Under the pieces are notes generated by a model that did no database searches, was not told the DNA's origin, and saw only the letters and a program-made list of their open reading frames with translations. A stretch of DNA of 64,000 nucleotides. It comes from Armatimonadota bacterium (GTDB lineage: Bacteria > Armatimonadota > SYMT01). The stretch spans positions 32,001 through 96,000 of the forward strand of contig JBKBRF010000009.1 in NCBI GenBank assembly GCA_046292385.1. Direction: 5' to 3'. Positions 1-11,100 of the stretch are shown in pieces (position 1 is the stretch's first letter; each line of letters opens with the position of its first letter). A program made the translations under genes and the position numbers.

Positions 1-2
1 CC

Positions 3-1040
3 TTCGGCCGGTTCGCCGCCCTCAAGGGGGTAGACCTCCAGGTCGACACCGGCGAGCTCGTCGCCCTGCTGGGCCCTTCCGGTTCCGGCAAGACCACGCT
101 CCTGCGCATCATCGCGGGACTGGAGGAGGCGGACGGCGGCAAGATCCTGTTCCACGGCGAGGACGTGGCCCGCCGGAGGGTGGGCGATCGTGAAGTCGGC
201 TTCGTCTTCCAGCACTACGCGCTCTTCCGGCACATGTCGGTCTTCGAGAACGTGGCATTCGGCCTGCGGGTGCGTCCGCGCAGCACGCGGCCGTCCCGCC
301 AGGAGATCCGGGAGCGGGTCCTCGAGCTCCTCAAGCTGGTGCAGCTCGAGGGCCTTGCCGGCCGGCGCCCGTCGGAGCTCTCCGGCGGCCAGCGCCAGCG
401 GGTCGCGCTGGCCCGGGCGCTGGCGGTGGAGCCGCGCGTGCTGCTGCTGGACGAGCCGTTCGGTGCCCTGGACGCAAAGGTGCGGCAGGAGCTGCGCCGA
501 TGGCTCCGGAGGCTGCACGACGAGCTCCAGATCACCACGCTGTTCGTGACCCACGACCAGGAAGAGGCCCTGGAGGTTGCGGATCGGGTGGTGGTGATGA
601 ACGAGGGCCGGATCGAGCAGGACGGAACCCCGGACGAGGTCTACGAGCATCCCGCCACCCCGTTCGTCTACCACTTCCTGGGGAGCGTGAACCTGTTCCA
701 CGGCCGCGTCCACCACGGAGAGGCGCGCCTCGGCCCGCTCTCGGTGGCGACTCCGGAGCACGCCCGCACGCAGAACGCTGCGGCCGTGGGCTACGTCCGG
801 CCGCACGACCTGCAGGTCCAGACCCATGCCAACGGGGTGACCGTGGAGACCCTGATCCGGCACGTCAGCACGGTCGGTCCAGTGGTCCGCTTGGAGCTGG
901 AGCGGCGAGACAACGGCGATCGCATTGAGGCGGAGCTGACCCGGGAGCGCTTCCGAGAGCTTGCGGTGAAGACCGGCGATGCCGTCCACGTCAAGCCGAA
1001 GAAGCTCAAGGTCTTTCTGGAAGAAGACTACTCGATCTAA
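3..1040 (+). CDS. cysA: Sulfate/thiosulfate ABC transporter ATP-binding protein (5'-truncated by window edge)
   Basis: Frame is open from base 3 with Walker A GPSGSGKT. Also [27 protein letters not shown] and a TOBE-like C-terminus. Confidence 0.92.
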   Translation, partial: FGRFAALKGVDLQVDTGELVALLGPSGSGKTTLLRIIAGLEEADGGKILFHGEDVARRRVGDREVGFVFQHYALFRHMSVFENVAFGLRVRPRSTRPSRQEIRERVLELLKLVQLEGLAGRRPSELSGGQRQRVALARALAVEPRVLLLDEPFGALDAKVRQELRRWLRRLHDELQITTLFVTHDQEEALEVADRVVVMNEGRIEQDGTPDEVYEHPATPFVYHFLGSVNLFHGRVHHGEARLGPLSVATPEHARTQNAAAVGYVRPHDLQVQTHANGVTVETLIRHVSTVGPVVRLELERRDNGDRIEAELTRERFRELAVKTGDAVHVKPKKLKVFLEEDYSI

Positions 1041-1125
1041 CACGCTTGCTATTGCAGAAGATACGCGGGATGCAGGCTGCTGGCCTCGCCCGTTCTTCAG
1101 TTCGCTTCGGCAAAGAGGTACAGAA

Positions 1126-1332
1126 ATGTCGAACCAGCCCAACGCTCTCCCCCGCCTTCCGCGGGCGCAGGCCGAAACGGGAGGTCACACGCTCGACCGG
1201 GTCCGGGAAGCCCTGCGGGGTCTCCAGCACGGCGAGGTGACCGTAGTGGTCCAGGACGGGGTGGTGGTTCAGCTCCGGCGGACCGATCGCGTGCGTCTCC
1301 CCCGCCCGGACTACTCCACCCCTCACGATTAA
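1126..1332 (+). CDS. YezD/DUF2292 (OscA-like) small protein
   Basis: ATG at 1126 after AGAGG. Motif ALRGLQHGEVTVVVQDGVVVQ..RTDRVRL. Lies in a sulfate locus. Confidence 0.8.
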   Translation: MSNQPNALPRLPRAQAETGGHTLDRVREALRGLQHGEVTVVVQDGVVVQLRRTDRVRLPRPDYSTPHD

Positions 1333-1470
1333 GCACCCAGACCGCTCCTCCGCCCTCCGCCGTAGACGCGGAGGGCTCAGCCGACCCGCCCCCGGGAGGC
1401 ACGACGACAATCCCGGCCTTGACCCACCGGACACACCGGAGGCATCGCTTTCAGATGACCAGACCAGACG

Positions 1471-3018
1471 ATGCTTCCTACTTCTCGAACCCCGCTTCGC
1501 CTCGCGGCGATTGCCGGCCTCGGACTGCTCTCCCCTGCGGCCGCCGCAGAGGACGCTCCCACCGTAATCCCAGCCACTGAGGCCCCCGCTTCCATCACCG
1601 TACCCGCGGCGCCCTCCGCGGCGAACCCGAGCCAGCCGGCAGCAGAGCCCGCGGCGCCAACTCCCGCGGCACCCGCGAGCTCGGCCGGCGCGGAAGGGGC
1701 ACAGCCCAATCCGCTGGAGAACCGCGTCCGCGAGCTGGAGGACACGGTCAGGCAGCTCCTCGGGACGATCGACACGCTCCAGAAGCTGCCGCCAAAGCCG
1801 GCCGACTCCGCCCAGGTGGAGAAGATTGTCGACGACAAGCTGAAGAAGCAGAAGCCACTTGCAGGATGGAACAACGGCTTCTTCGTCGAGTCGCAGGACG
1901 GCAATTTCCGGCTGCGGCTGCGGGCTCTTCTCCAGGTGGACCAGCGCGCGTTTACCGGCAAGGCGGGCCGCACCGGCGTCGATAGCTTCTTCCTCCGGCG
2001 TGTCCGCCCGATTGTCGAGGGCACGGTCTACAAGCACATCGACTTCAAACTGGTGCCGGACTTTGCCGGAGGCGCGGCAAGCCTCCAGGATGCCTACCTC
2101 GACTTCCGCTACTATCCGCAGGCATCGCTGCGGGTGGGTAAGTTCAAGGAGCCGGTGAGCCTCGAGCGCCTGCAGAGCGGCTCCGAGCTCCACTTCATCG
2201 AGCGCTCCATCGCGCAGAACCTGGCGCCGAACCGGGACGTGGGTCTGCAGTTCTATGGCGATCTGCTGGGGAACACGCTCACTTACTACGCGGGGCTCTT
2301 CAACGGAGTAAACGACTCCGCCTCCACCGAAGGAGACGTCGACAACGACAAAGACTTCGCGGGGCGGCTCTTCTATCAGCCGTTCAAGAACCGGCCGGGC
2401 CACTTCGCCGAAGGGCTGGGGGTCGGCTTCGGAGCCTCCATCGGCGAGCGGGAAGAGCCGCTCGGGGCCACGCTGCGCACGGCCGGGCGAAGCGGCTTCT
2501 TCCGCTACCAGGGCGGGGCGGACCCGGCCGCCGGCTCCGGAACCCACACGCGGTTCAGCCCCGGCTTCTACTTCTTCAAGGGGCCGGTCGGCCTGATGGG
2601 CGAGTACATCACCTCCAGCCAGGAAGTGGAGCGCCTGGGGGTGCGGGACAAGATCAAGAACGACGGCTACTTCCTCCAGGCCACCTACGTGCTCACCGGA
2701 GAAAAGGCGTCGTTCCGGGGCGTCGTCCCTCGCAAGGAGTTCGACCCCCGGAAGGGCCAGTGGGGCGCCTTCGAGCTCGGGGCGCGCTACTCCCGCATCA
2801 ACTTCGATGATGACGTCTTCAACCGCGGCTTTGCCGACGCCGCGACCGCGGTGGGAAGCGCGAACGAGCTCACCTTCGGGTTGAATTGGTACTTGAACCG
2901 CGCGGTGAAGATCCAGCTCAACTACGTCCGTACGAACTTCGACCGGTCGATTCCGTTCGGAGCGACCGCCACGGACCACGAGGACGTGTTCCTCAGCCGC
3001 TTCCAGCTCGCGTTCTAA
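1471..3018 (+). CDS. OprO/OprP-family anion-selective porin
   Basis: Signal peptide, Pro/Ala linker and coiled coil. Motifs FLRRVRP, GKFKEPVSLERLQS, PNRDVG, GLNWYLN. C-terminal Phe. Confidence 0.85.
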   Translation: MLPTSRTPLRLAAIAGLGLLSPAAAAEDAPTVIPATEAPASITVPAAPSAANPSQPAAEPAAPTPAAPASSAGAEGAQPNPLENRVRELEDTVRQLLGTIDTLQKLPPKPADSAQVEKIVDDKLKKQKPLAGWNNGFFVESQDGNFRLRLRALLQVDQRAFTGKAGRTGVDSFFLRRVRPIVEGTVYKHIDFKLVPDFAGGAASLQDAYLDFRYYPQASLRVGKFKEPVSLERLQSGSELHFIERSIAQNLAPNRDVGLQFYGDLLGNTLTYYAGLFNGVNDSASTEGDVDNDKDFAGRLFYQPFKNRPGHFAEGLGVGFGASIGEREEPLGATLRTAGRSGFFRYQGGADPAAGSGTHTRFSPGFYFFKGPVGLMGEYITSSQEVERLGVRDKIKNDGYFLQATYVLTGEKASFRGVVPRKEFDPRKGQWGAFELGARYSRINFDDDVFNRGFADAATAVGSANELTFGLNWYLNRAVKIQLNYVRTNFDRSIPFGATATDHEDVFLSRFQLAF

Positions 3019-3031
3019 GCAGCACGGGAAC

Positions 3032-3145
3032 GGTTGCAGATGGCGGTTTAGCAGGCTGCAGGTTGGCGAGTCGGCAGGTTGCAGGTAGGCGCCCCGGTAA
3101 GCGCGGTTCGGGACCTGCGACTTGCTCACCTGCAACCTGCCAATT
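3032..3145. repeat. Bipartite inverted element of (A)GCAGGTT units, copy 1
   Basis: Degenerate GCAGGTT tandem units at 3032-3086 and reverse-complement AACCTGC units at 3113-3145. Confidence 0.8.
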
Positions 3146-3287
3146 CCGGCTCCCGCTCACAGGAAGTAGCCGGGCCCGCCGCCAGCCGGATCGGCGCCGC
3201 TCCACGGGCTGCTTCGGGGAGGCTCCACAGCCGGGGCCTCTCCAAACCCCATTTTCTGCTCCGACTGGTTTCAGTTCTGGTATCGAC

Positions 3288-3296
3288 TGATATAAT
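3288..3296 (+). promoter_or_regulatory. Extended -10 promoter element
   Basis: Perfect TGnTATAAT (TGATATAAT) in an AT-richer patch. Confidence 0.55.
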
Positions 3297-3445
3297 CGGA
3301 GAAGCCGGTCCATGTCACTGCCCGGGGTGTCTGTGTTTTTCCCGACGCCCGGCCGCAGCGGCGAGGCCAACCCCTCCGCGATCCCGTCGCCCGCGCGAAA
3401 GACCGGCACAGGGCGGCTCCGACCCGCGAGAACGGAAAGGTAACG

Positions 3446-3583
3446 ATGACACCCGTCTTCAGCAGTTCCACCGTTCAGGTTCCCGTGGGACCGGAGACCC
3501 TGCACCCCCCGTTAAGCATCACCCGCGGACGAGGCGGCATCCCACCGCAGCCTCTTCCGCGCCAACCAGACCCGGCGTCGTAG
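3446..3583 (+). CDS. Putative 45-aa Pro-rich small ORF
   Basis: GAAAGG precedes ATG 3446. Reads MTPVFSSSTVQVPVGPETLHPPLSITRGRGGIPPQPLPRQPDPAS. No recognisable family. Confidence 0.25.
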   Translation: MTPVFSSSTVQVPVGPETLHPPLSITRGRGGIPPQPLPRQPDPAS

Positions 3584-3599
3584 CACCTGGCCTTCCAGG

Positions 3600-3628
3600 T
3601 TGACGTCGGGTTCGCTCTCTGGTACACT
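3600..3628 (+). promoter_or_regulatory. Sigma70-type promoter of rpoBC
   Basis: TTGACG (3600-3605), 17-nt spacer, TACACT (3623-3628) with extended TG at 3620-3621. Confidence 0.75.
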
Positions 3629-3818
3629 TTGAGCTTGCGCGTCCCTCACCCGGGTTTCCCGCATTCCTTAGTGTACTGCCCGGATTAGAGCCCACAGCCG
3701 CCGGCCGCACCTTCAGGCGTTTCGGGACTGCCTGACCGCCGCCGGACCCCGAGGGGATGGCTGAGACTGATTGAACCATTGCGGTGGGACGCCCGCCCAC
3801 CGGAGGAGACAGGCCGTT

Positions 3819-6800
3819 ATGCACCGCCCCAACCGGCAGCCCGATCTGGAGCTATTGCCGAATCTCGTAGAGATCCAGTTGAAGAGCTTCGACTGGTTCA
3901 TCGATAAGGGCCTGCGCGAGCTGTTCCATAACTTTTCGCCGATCGAAGACTTCACCGGCAACCTCTCGCTGGAGCTGGTCGACTTCTACCTGGATAAGGA
4001 GAAGTACTCGGTCGAAGAGTGCCGCGACCGCGACATGACCTACGAGCGCCCCATCAAGGCGCGCGTGGTGCTGCGCACGCCCAGCGGCGACATGCAGGAG
4101 ACGGAGGTCTACCTCGGCGACCTGCCGATCATGACCGACCGCGGCACCTTCGTGATCAACGGGGTGGACCGCGTCGTCGTCTCCCAGCTCGCCCGCTCGC
4201 CCGGCGTTTACTTCAACGACAACATCGACTTCAGCGGCCGCATCCTCTACACCGCCACGCTCATCCCGAGCGAAGGCGCGTGGCTCGAGATCGAGACCGA
4301 CGCGAGCGACGTCATCACCGTGCGCGTGGGCCAGACGCGCAAGTTCCCGCTCACCACGCTGCTGCGGGCGCTCGGCGCGTTCGACCAGTCGAGCAACTTC
4401 GGCTACGAGTTCGTCTCGGCGGACCAGGCGCTCGGCCGTGTCGCAGCCTCCAACGTGGTGGACCAGCGCACCGGCGAAGTGATCGTGGAAGCCGGCGACG
4501 AGATCAGCCAGGAGCAGTTCGACCGGCTGCAGTCCGCCGCCGCGGGCGACCGCGTCGAGGTGCTGGTACCGCGCATCCCGGCGAGCACCACCGAGGACAT
4601 CCTGCGGCTCTTCGGCAGCGAAGAGGAGCTGGAGAACCCGGACCGCGAAGCCCTGTACGGCCGCCGGCCGGTGGAGGACGTGGTCGATCCGAAGAGCGGC
4701 AAGGTGCTCGTCAAGGCGTTCCAGAAGATCACCCAGGAGAACGCCCGGAAGATCGAGGGCCTGGAGCTGCCGTCGATCACGCTCCTGCGCCCGAACCGCT
4801 ACATCGAGGCGACCGTCGAGGCGGAGAGCTCCAGCATCCAGGACACCGAGGACGCGCTGGCCGACATCTACCGGACGATCCGCCCGGGAGACCCCTCCAC
4901 CTCCGAGAGCGCGCGCGGGCTCCTCTCCAGCATCTTCTACGACCTGCGCCGCTACGACCTGGCGCGCGTGGGCCGGTACATGATGAACCGGAAGCTGAGC
5001 CTCACGATGCCGGATGGCCGCGAGGTGCCGCTGAACCTGCCAATGGACGATCGCACCGACCTGATCGCGAAGCTGGGCGCCGGCCACCGCGCCGCCCGCT
5101 CCGTGAACCAGGCCGACCTGATCGCCATCATCAAGTACATCATCGACTTCGCCGAGGCGAAGCACACCCGCGACGACATCGACCACCTGGAGAACAAGCG
5201 CGTCCGCTCCGTGGGCGAGCTGCTGCAGAACCAGATGCGTCTCGGCTTCCTCCGGATGGAGAAGGTCGCCCGCGAGCGCATGACCGCCGCCGACGCGGAG
5301 AGCGTGGTGCCGCAGGTGGTCCTCTCCGTAAAGCCGATCAGCGCGAGCATCAAGAGCTTCTTCGGCAGCTCCCAGCTCTCGCAGTTCATGGACCAGACCA
5401 ACCCGCTGGCAGAGCTCACGCACAAGCGGCGCCTCTCGGCCCTCGGCCCCGGCGGTCTCTCCCGCCAGAGCGCCAAGCTGGAAGTGCGCGACGTGCACCA
5501 CAGCCACTACAGCCGGGTCTGCCCCATCGAGACGCCGGAAGGCCCGAACATCGGTCTCATCGGCTCCCTCGCCATCGCGGGCCGGATCAATGAGTTCGGC
5601 TTCCTCCTCGCTCCCTACCGCAAGGTGGTGGACGGGGTGGTAACCGACCAGATCGACTACCTGACCGCGGACGAGGAAGACCGCTACCACCTGGCGCCGC
5701 CGAGCACCCCGGTGGACGCAGACGGCCGGATCATGGGCCCGGCGATCTGCCGGCACCAGGGCCGGTTCCCGACGGTCCCGCCGAAGGACGTCGACTACAT
5801 CGACGTCATGCCGATGCAGATCGTCTCCCCGGCGACCGCGCTGATCCCGTTCCTGGAGAACGACGACGCCAACCGCGCGCTGATGGGCTCCAACATGCAG
5901 CGGCAGGCGGTTCCCACCCTGCGCCCGCGGGCTCCGGTCTGCGGGACCGGCGTGGAGCAGAAGGTCGCCGCGGACTCGGGTGCCGCCGTGGTGGCGAAGC
6001 GGGACGGCCGCGTCATCTACGTCACGGCGGAGCGGATCGTGCTGGAGACGCGGGAGAAGGACGAGGACGGCAAGCCGTACCGGGACGTCTACCGCCTGCT
6101 CAACATGCTGCGGTCCAACAACGCCACCTGCATCACGCAGCGCCCCATCGTGAAGAAGGGCCAGCGCGTGAAGAAGGGCGACGTGATCGCGGACGGCCCG
6201 AGCATGCAGGACGGCGAGCTGGCGCTCGGCCAGAACGTGCTCGTCGCGTTCGTGCCGTGGAACGGCTACAACTACGAAGACGCCATCCTGGTCTCCGAGC
6301 GGCTGGTGAAGGACGACGTCTACACCTCGATCCACATCGAGAAGTACGAGACGGAAGCCCGAGACACCAAGCTCGGACCGGAAGAGATCACGCGGGACAT
6401 CCCGAACGTCAGCGAAGACGCGCTGAAGGACCTGGATGAGGACGGCGTGATCCGCATCGGCGCCGAGATCCGCGCGGAAGACATCCTCGTGGGCAAGGTG
6501 GCCCCGAAGGGCCAGGGCGAGCTCACTCCGGAAGAGCGGCTGGTCATCGCCATCTTCGGTAAGAAGGCGGAAGAGACGCGCGACGTCTCCCTGCGCCTTC
6601 CGCACGGGGAGAAGGGCAAGATCATCGACATCAAGCGGTTCAGCCGGTTCAAGTACCGCTGCACCGGGTGCCAGACGATCTACGACTTCAGCAAGAAGCC
6701 GGAGCGCCTCGTCTGCGACAAGTACGACTGCGGCGGCGAGCTGGAGCGGATCCAGGCGGACGAGCTCCCTGCGGGCGTGAACATGCTGGTGCGGGTCTAC

Positions 6801-7988
6801 GTCGCCCAGAAGCGCAAGCTGATGGAAGGCGACAAGATGGCGGGCCGCCACGGCAACAAGGGCGTCATCTCCAAGATCATGGCGCAGGAGGACATGCCGT
6901 TCCTCCCGGACGGCACCCCGGTCGACATCGTGCTCAACCCGCTGGGGGTGCCGAGCCGCATGAACATCGGGCAGGTGCTGGAGACGCACCTCGGGCTCGT
7001 GACTCGGTTCCTGGGTGGGCGCTACATGAACCCGATCTTCCAGGGACGCAAGGAAGCGGACATCGTCGGCGAGCTCAACAAGATGGGCGACCGGCTGCGC
7101 AGCCACAAGCTCTACGAGTACGCCACGCAGGAGCTGAAGCTGGAGCTGGACGGCTCCTCTCCCGAGGACAGCCCGGAAGAGCTGTTCGAGGCGGTGCAGG
7201 CGGCGGTCCGGGCGCTGGCGCCGGAGGACCTCTACCGCGCCGGCCAATCCCTCGGCGTGCCGACGATCGAGGGCGACCCGATCGTGCTGACGCACGAGCC
7301 TGAGCCGGTGGAGCCGAACGAGGACGAGGAAGAAGAGGAAACCGCGGCGGCGGAGCCGATCACGGAAGAGCTGTGGCCGGTCGACGTCGAGACGGTGATC
7401 GCGCGGATCCAGGAGAACGTGGATAAGCGCGTCGGCTTCCTGTCGAACGAAGGCAAGATGCGCCTTCGCGACGGCCGGACCGGCGACTTCTTCGAGATGC
7501 CGGTGACGGTCGGGCTCCTCTACATGCTCAAGCTGGCGCACCTGGTGGACGACAAGATCCACGCGCGGAGCACCGGCCCCTACTCGCTCGTCACGCAGCA
7601 GCCGCTGGGTGGTAAGGCGCAGTTCGGGGGTCAGCGCTTCGGGGAGATGGAAGTCTGGGCCCTGGAAGCGTACGGCGCGGCCCATACGCTCCAGGAGATC
7701 CTCACCATCAAGAGCGACGACGTGCTGGGGCGCGTCAAGACGTACGAAGCGATCGTGAAGGGCGACACTATCACGGCGCCGGGTATTCCGGAGAGCTTCC
7801 GGATCCTGGTGAATGAGCTTCAGTCGCTCGGCCTGAAGGTGACCGTGGAAGACCGGGAAGGCAACGCGGTCGACCTCCGGGATCAGGAAGAGGAGTACGG
7901 CGCCGAGGCGGCGCGGCACCGGCAGATCCGGCGGATCATGGACACCAGCCCCATGCCGCTGACGCCGGACGAGCAGCCGACCGAGTAG
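3819..7988 (+). CDS. rpoB: DNA-directed RNA polymerase subunit beta
   Basis: Motifs [50 protein letters not shown] 3819 after GGAGGAG is preferred over TTG 3771. Confidence 0.99.
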   Translation: MHRPNRQPDLELLPNLVEIQLKSFDWFIDKGLRELFHNFSPIEDFTGNLSLELVDFYLDKEKYSVEECRDRDMTYERPIKARVVLRTPSGDMQETEVYLGDLPIMTDRGTFVINGVDRVVVSQLARSPGVYFNDNIDFSGRILYTATLIPSEGAWLEIETDASDVITVRVGQTRKFPLTTLLRALGAFDQSSNFGYEFVSADQALGRVAASNVVDQRTGEVIVEAGDEISQEQFDRLQSAAAGDRVEVLVPRIPASTTEDILRLFGSEEELENPDREALYGRRPVEDVVDPKSGKVLVKAFQKITQENARKIEGLELPSITLLRPNRYIEATVEAESSSIQDTEDALADIYRTIRPGDPSTSESARGLLSSIFYDLRRYDLARVGRYMMNRKLSLTMPDGREVPLNLPMDDRTDLIAKLGAGHRAARSVNQADLIAIIKYIIDFAEAKHTRDDIDHLENKRVRSVGELLQNQMRLGFLRMEKVARERMTAADAESVVPQVVLSVKPISASIKSFFGSSQLSQFMDQTNPLAELTHKRRLSALGPGGLSRQSAKLEVRDVHHSHYSRVCPIETPEGPNIGLIGSLAIAGRINEFGFLLAPYRKVVDGVVTDQIDYLTADEEDRYHLAPPSTPVDADGRIMGPAICRHQGRFPTVPPKDVDYIDVMPMQIVSPATALIPFLENDDANRALMGSNMQRQAVPTLRPRAPVCGTGVEQKVAADSGAAVVAKRDGRVIYVTAERIVLETREKDEDGKPYRDVYRLLNMLRSNNATCITQRPIVKKGQRVKKGDVIADGPSMQDGELALGQNVLVAFVPWNGYNYEDAILVSERLVKDDVYTSIHIEKYETEARDTKLGPEEITRDIPNVSEDALKDLDEDGVIRIGAEIRAEDILVGKVAPKGQGELTPEERLVIAIFGKKAEETRDVSLRLPHGEKGKIIDIKRFSRFKYRCTGCQTIYDFSKKPERLVCDKYDCGGELERIQADELPAGVNMLVRVYVAQKRKLMEGDKMAGRHGNKGVISKIMAQEDMPFLPDGTPVDIVLNPLGVPSRMNIGQVLETHLGLVTRFLGGRYMNPIFQGRKEADIVGELNKMGDRLRSHKLYEYATQELKLELDGSSPEDSPEELFEAVQAAVRALAPEDLYRAGQSLGVPTIEGDPIVLTHEPEPVEPNEDEEEEETAAAEPITEELWPVDVETVIARIQENVDKRVGFLSNEGKMRLRDGRTGDFFEMPVTVGLLYMLKLAHLVDDKIHARSTGPYSLVTQQPLGGKAQFGGQRFGEMEVWALEAYGAAHTLQEILTIKSDDVLGRVKTYEAIVKGDTITAPGIPESFRILVNELQSLGLKVTVEDREGNAVDLRDQEEEYGAEAARHRQIRRIMDTSPMPLTPDEQPTE

Positions 7989-8000
7989 CGGTGACGTCCC

Positions 8001-8033
8001 GGGCCGGTGGACCGGAGCAGTCTCCACCGGCCC
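8001..8033. other. Intercistronic hairpin between rpoB and rpoC
   Basis: GGGCCGGTGGA / TCCACCGGCCC 11-bp stem with no U-tract. Confidence 0.45.
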
Positions 8034-8103
8034 CGCCTCCGCTGATCTAGCGGTCGTGTACGCACGAATTTCAATCCGATGGCACTGCCTAAGGAGTTAG
8101 TGA

Positions 8104-11100
8104 ATGGCTGACGTTAGCAGCTTCGATACTATCAGGATCGGGATCGCCTCTCCGGACGAGGTGCGGGATTGGTCGTACGGCGAGGTGAAGAAGCCCGAGA
8201 CGATCAACTACCGGACCTTCAAGCCGGAGCGCGACGGCCTGTTCTGCGAGCGCATCTTTGGCCCCGTGAAGGACTGGGAGTGCCACTGCGGGCGCTACAA
8301 GAAGGTCAAGTTCAAGGGCATCATCTGCGACCGCTGCGGCGTGGAAGTGACCCGCAGCAAGGTCCGCCGCGAGCGCATGGGCCACATCGAGCTCGCCGCT
8401 CCGGTCTGCCACATCTGGTACCTCAAGAGCGTGCCGAGCCCGCTCTCCCTGCTGCTGGACATCAGCCCGCGGCCGCTGGAGAAGGTGCTCTACTTCGCGA
8501 GCTACGTGATCACTCACGTCGACCGCCGCAAGATCAACGAGAACCTGGAAGCCGCCCGCGAGGCGGTGGAGCGGGAGATCGAGACGATCGAGCGGGAGAC
8601 GCAGGAGTACGTGGCGGGGCTCGACGATGAGTACGCCCAGCGCCTGGAGGAGGAGATCGAGGCGTTCCAGAACCCGATCGACCTCGACGAGGAGCTGGAG
8701 GACGAGGACGAAGAGCCGGCCGACGAGGAAGCGCGCCGCGAGCCCCCCACCCCGGAAGAGGTGGCGGCGGAGCGCCAGCGGCTCGCCACCAAGTTCGAGA
8801 CGGAGAAGCGCCAGGTCCGCGAGCGCGAAGACCGCAACCTGAAGGAGCGGATCCAGGAGATCAACGACGCCGTGAAGATGCTGGAGAGCGTCGAGCGGCA
8901 GCAGCTCATCCCGGAAGAGCAGTTCCGGAGCCTGGAGAAGCTGCTGGAGATCCTGGGGCGCCGCCTGGAGAAGGACACCAACGAGTGGGTCCGCGCCGGC
9001 CTCGGCGCGGCGGCGATCAAGTCGCTGCTGGAGGAGATCGACCTGGAGAAGCTCGCCCGCGAGCTGCGCCAGGAGATCGCCCAGACGCAGGGGCCGCGCC
9101 GTCTGCGCGCCATCAAGCGCCTGGAGATCACCGAGGCGTTCATCAAGAGCAAGGCCCGTCCGGAGTGGATGGTGCTCGACGTGGTGCCGGTCATCCCGCC
9201 GGAGCTTCGCCCGATGGTGCAGCTCGACGGCGGCCGCTTCGCCACGTCCGACCTGAACGACCTCTACCGGCGCATCATCAACCGGAACAACCGGTTGAAG
9301 AAGATCGTGGAGATCCGCGCGCCTGAGAGCATCGTCAACCACGAGAAGCGGCTCCTGCAGGAGGCGGTCGACGCGCTGATCGACAACGGTCGACGCGCCC
9401 GGCCGGTGGTGGGCAGCAACAACCGCCCGCTCCGCTCCCTCTCCGACATGCTGAAGGGCAAGGAAGGCCGGTTCCGGAAGAACCTGCTCGGAAAGCGCGT
9501 CGACTACTCCGGCCGCTCCGTGATCGTGGTCGGTCCGCACCTCAAGCTCCACCAGTGCGGCCTGCCGCGCGAGATGGCGCTGGAGCTCTTCAAGCCGTTC
9601 GTGATGAAGACGCTGGTCGAGACGCAGGTCACCAGCAACATCAAGACGGCGAAGCGGATGATCGACCGCATGAACCCGCTGGTGTGGGATGCGCTGGAGC
9701 GCGTGATCGCGGAGCACCCGGTGCTCCTGAACCGCGCCCCCACCCTCCACCGCCTCGGGATCCAGGCGTTCGAGCCGGTGCTGGTAGACGGCAAGGCGAT
9801 CCAGGTCCACCCGCTCGTCTGCACCGCGTTCAACGCGGACTTCGACGGGGACCAGATGGCAGTCCACGTGCCGCTCTCCGAGACGGCGCAGGCCGAAGCG
9901 CGGATCCTGATGCTCTCCACGCAGAACCTGTTCTCGCCGGCGAGCGGCGGCCCGATCGTCGCGCCGCAGCAGGATATCGTGCTGGGCGTCTACTTCCTCT
10001 CGCAGGAGAAGGAAGACGCGCCGGGCGCGGGCGCGACTTTCGGCAACCCGGATGAAGTGATCCAGGCACACACCGCGGGACGCGTGGGGCTCCTCGCGCC
10101 GATCAAGGTGCGGGTCAACTTCACCGACGAAGACGGGGAGCAGTTCCCGCGGATCGTGGACACCACCGTCGGCCGCGTCTACCTGAACCAGATCCTGCCG
10201 CCGCGGATGCAGTGGCGCCCCGAGTACACCTCCAAGGTGATGGTGAAGGGCGACGTCTCCGCGATGATCTCCGACTGCCACACCAAGTACGGCGCGCAGC
10301 GGACGATCGAGCTGCTGGACGACGTGAAGGCGCTCGGCTACCGGATGTCCTCCCTCTCCGGCGTCACCGTCTCGATGACCGACATGGCGGTCCCGAGCCG
10401 GCGCAACGAGATCATCGCGAACGCGGAGAAGGAAGTAAACCAGGCGAACGCCCACTTCCGGCGCGGTCTCCTGACGGCGGAAGAGCGGCGCCAGCGGGTG
10501 CTCAACACCTGGACCACGGCGGCGATCCAGACCGGCGACGCGATCATGGAAGGCATCGAGCGGTTCAACCCGATCTTCATCATCACGAACTCGGGTGCTC
10601 GCGGCTCCAAGCGCCAGATCACGCAGCTCTCCGGTATGCGCGGCCTTATGTCCGACCCGTTCGGCCGCCTCATCGAGGACCTGCCGATCAAGTCGAACTT
10701 CCACGAAGGCCTCTCCGTGCTGGAGTTCTTCGTCTCCACGCACGGCGCCCGGAAGGGTCTGGCGGATACCGCGCTGCGGACCGCGGACGCGGGCTACCTC
10801 ACCCGCCGCCTGGTCGACGTGGCGCAGGACGTGATCGTGCGCGACATCGACTGCGGCACCACCAACGGCATCTACGTGGGTGAGATCCGGGACGGCAAGG
10901 AGCTGGTCGAGCGCCTCTCGGAGCGCGTCCGCGGCCGCTACGCCCTCGAGGAGATCGTCGACGCCGAGACCGGCGAAGTGCTGGCCGAGGTGAACGAGGA
11001 GATCTCCGACGGCGCGGCGGACCGGATCGAGAAGGCGGGGATCAAGACCGTCGGCATCCGCTCGCCGCTCACCTGCGAGCTGCGGCAGGGGATCTGCGCC

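Noticed and set aside
5350..5460. Possible rifampicin-resistance substitutions in RpoB cluster I
   Set aside because: The key Gln, Asp, His and Ser residues match the sensitive consensus.
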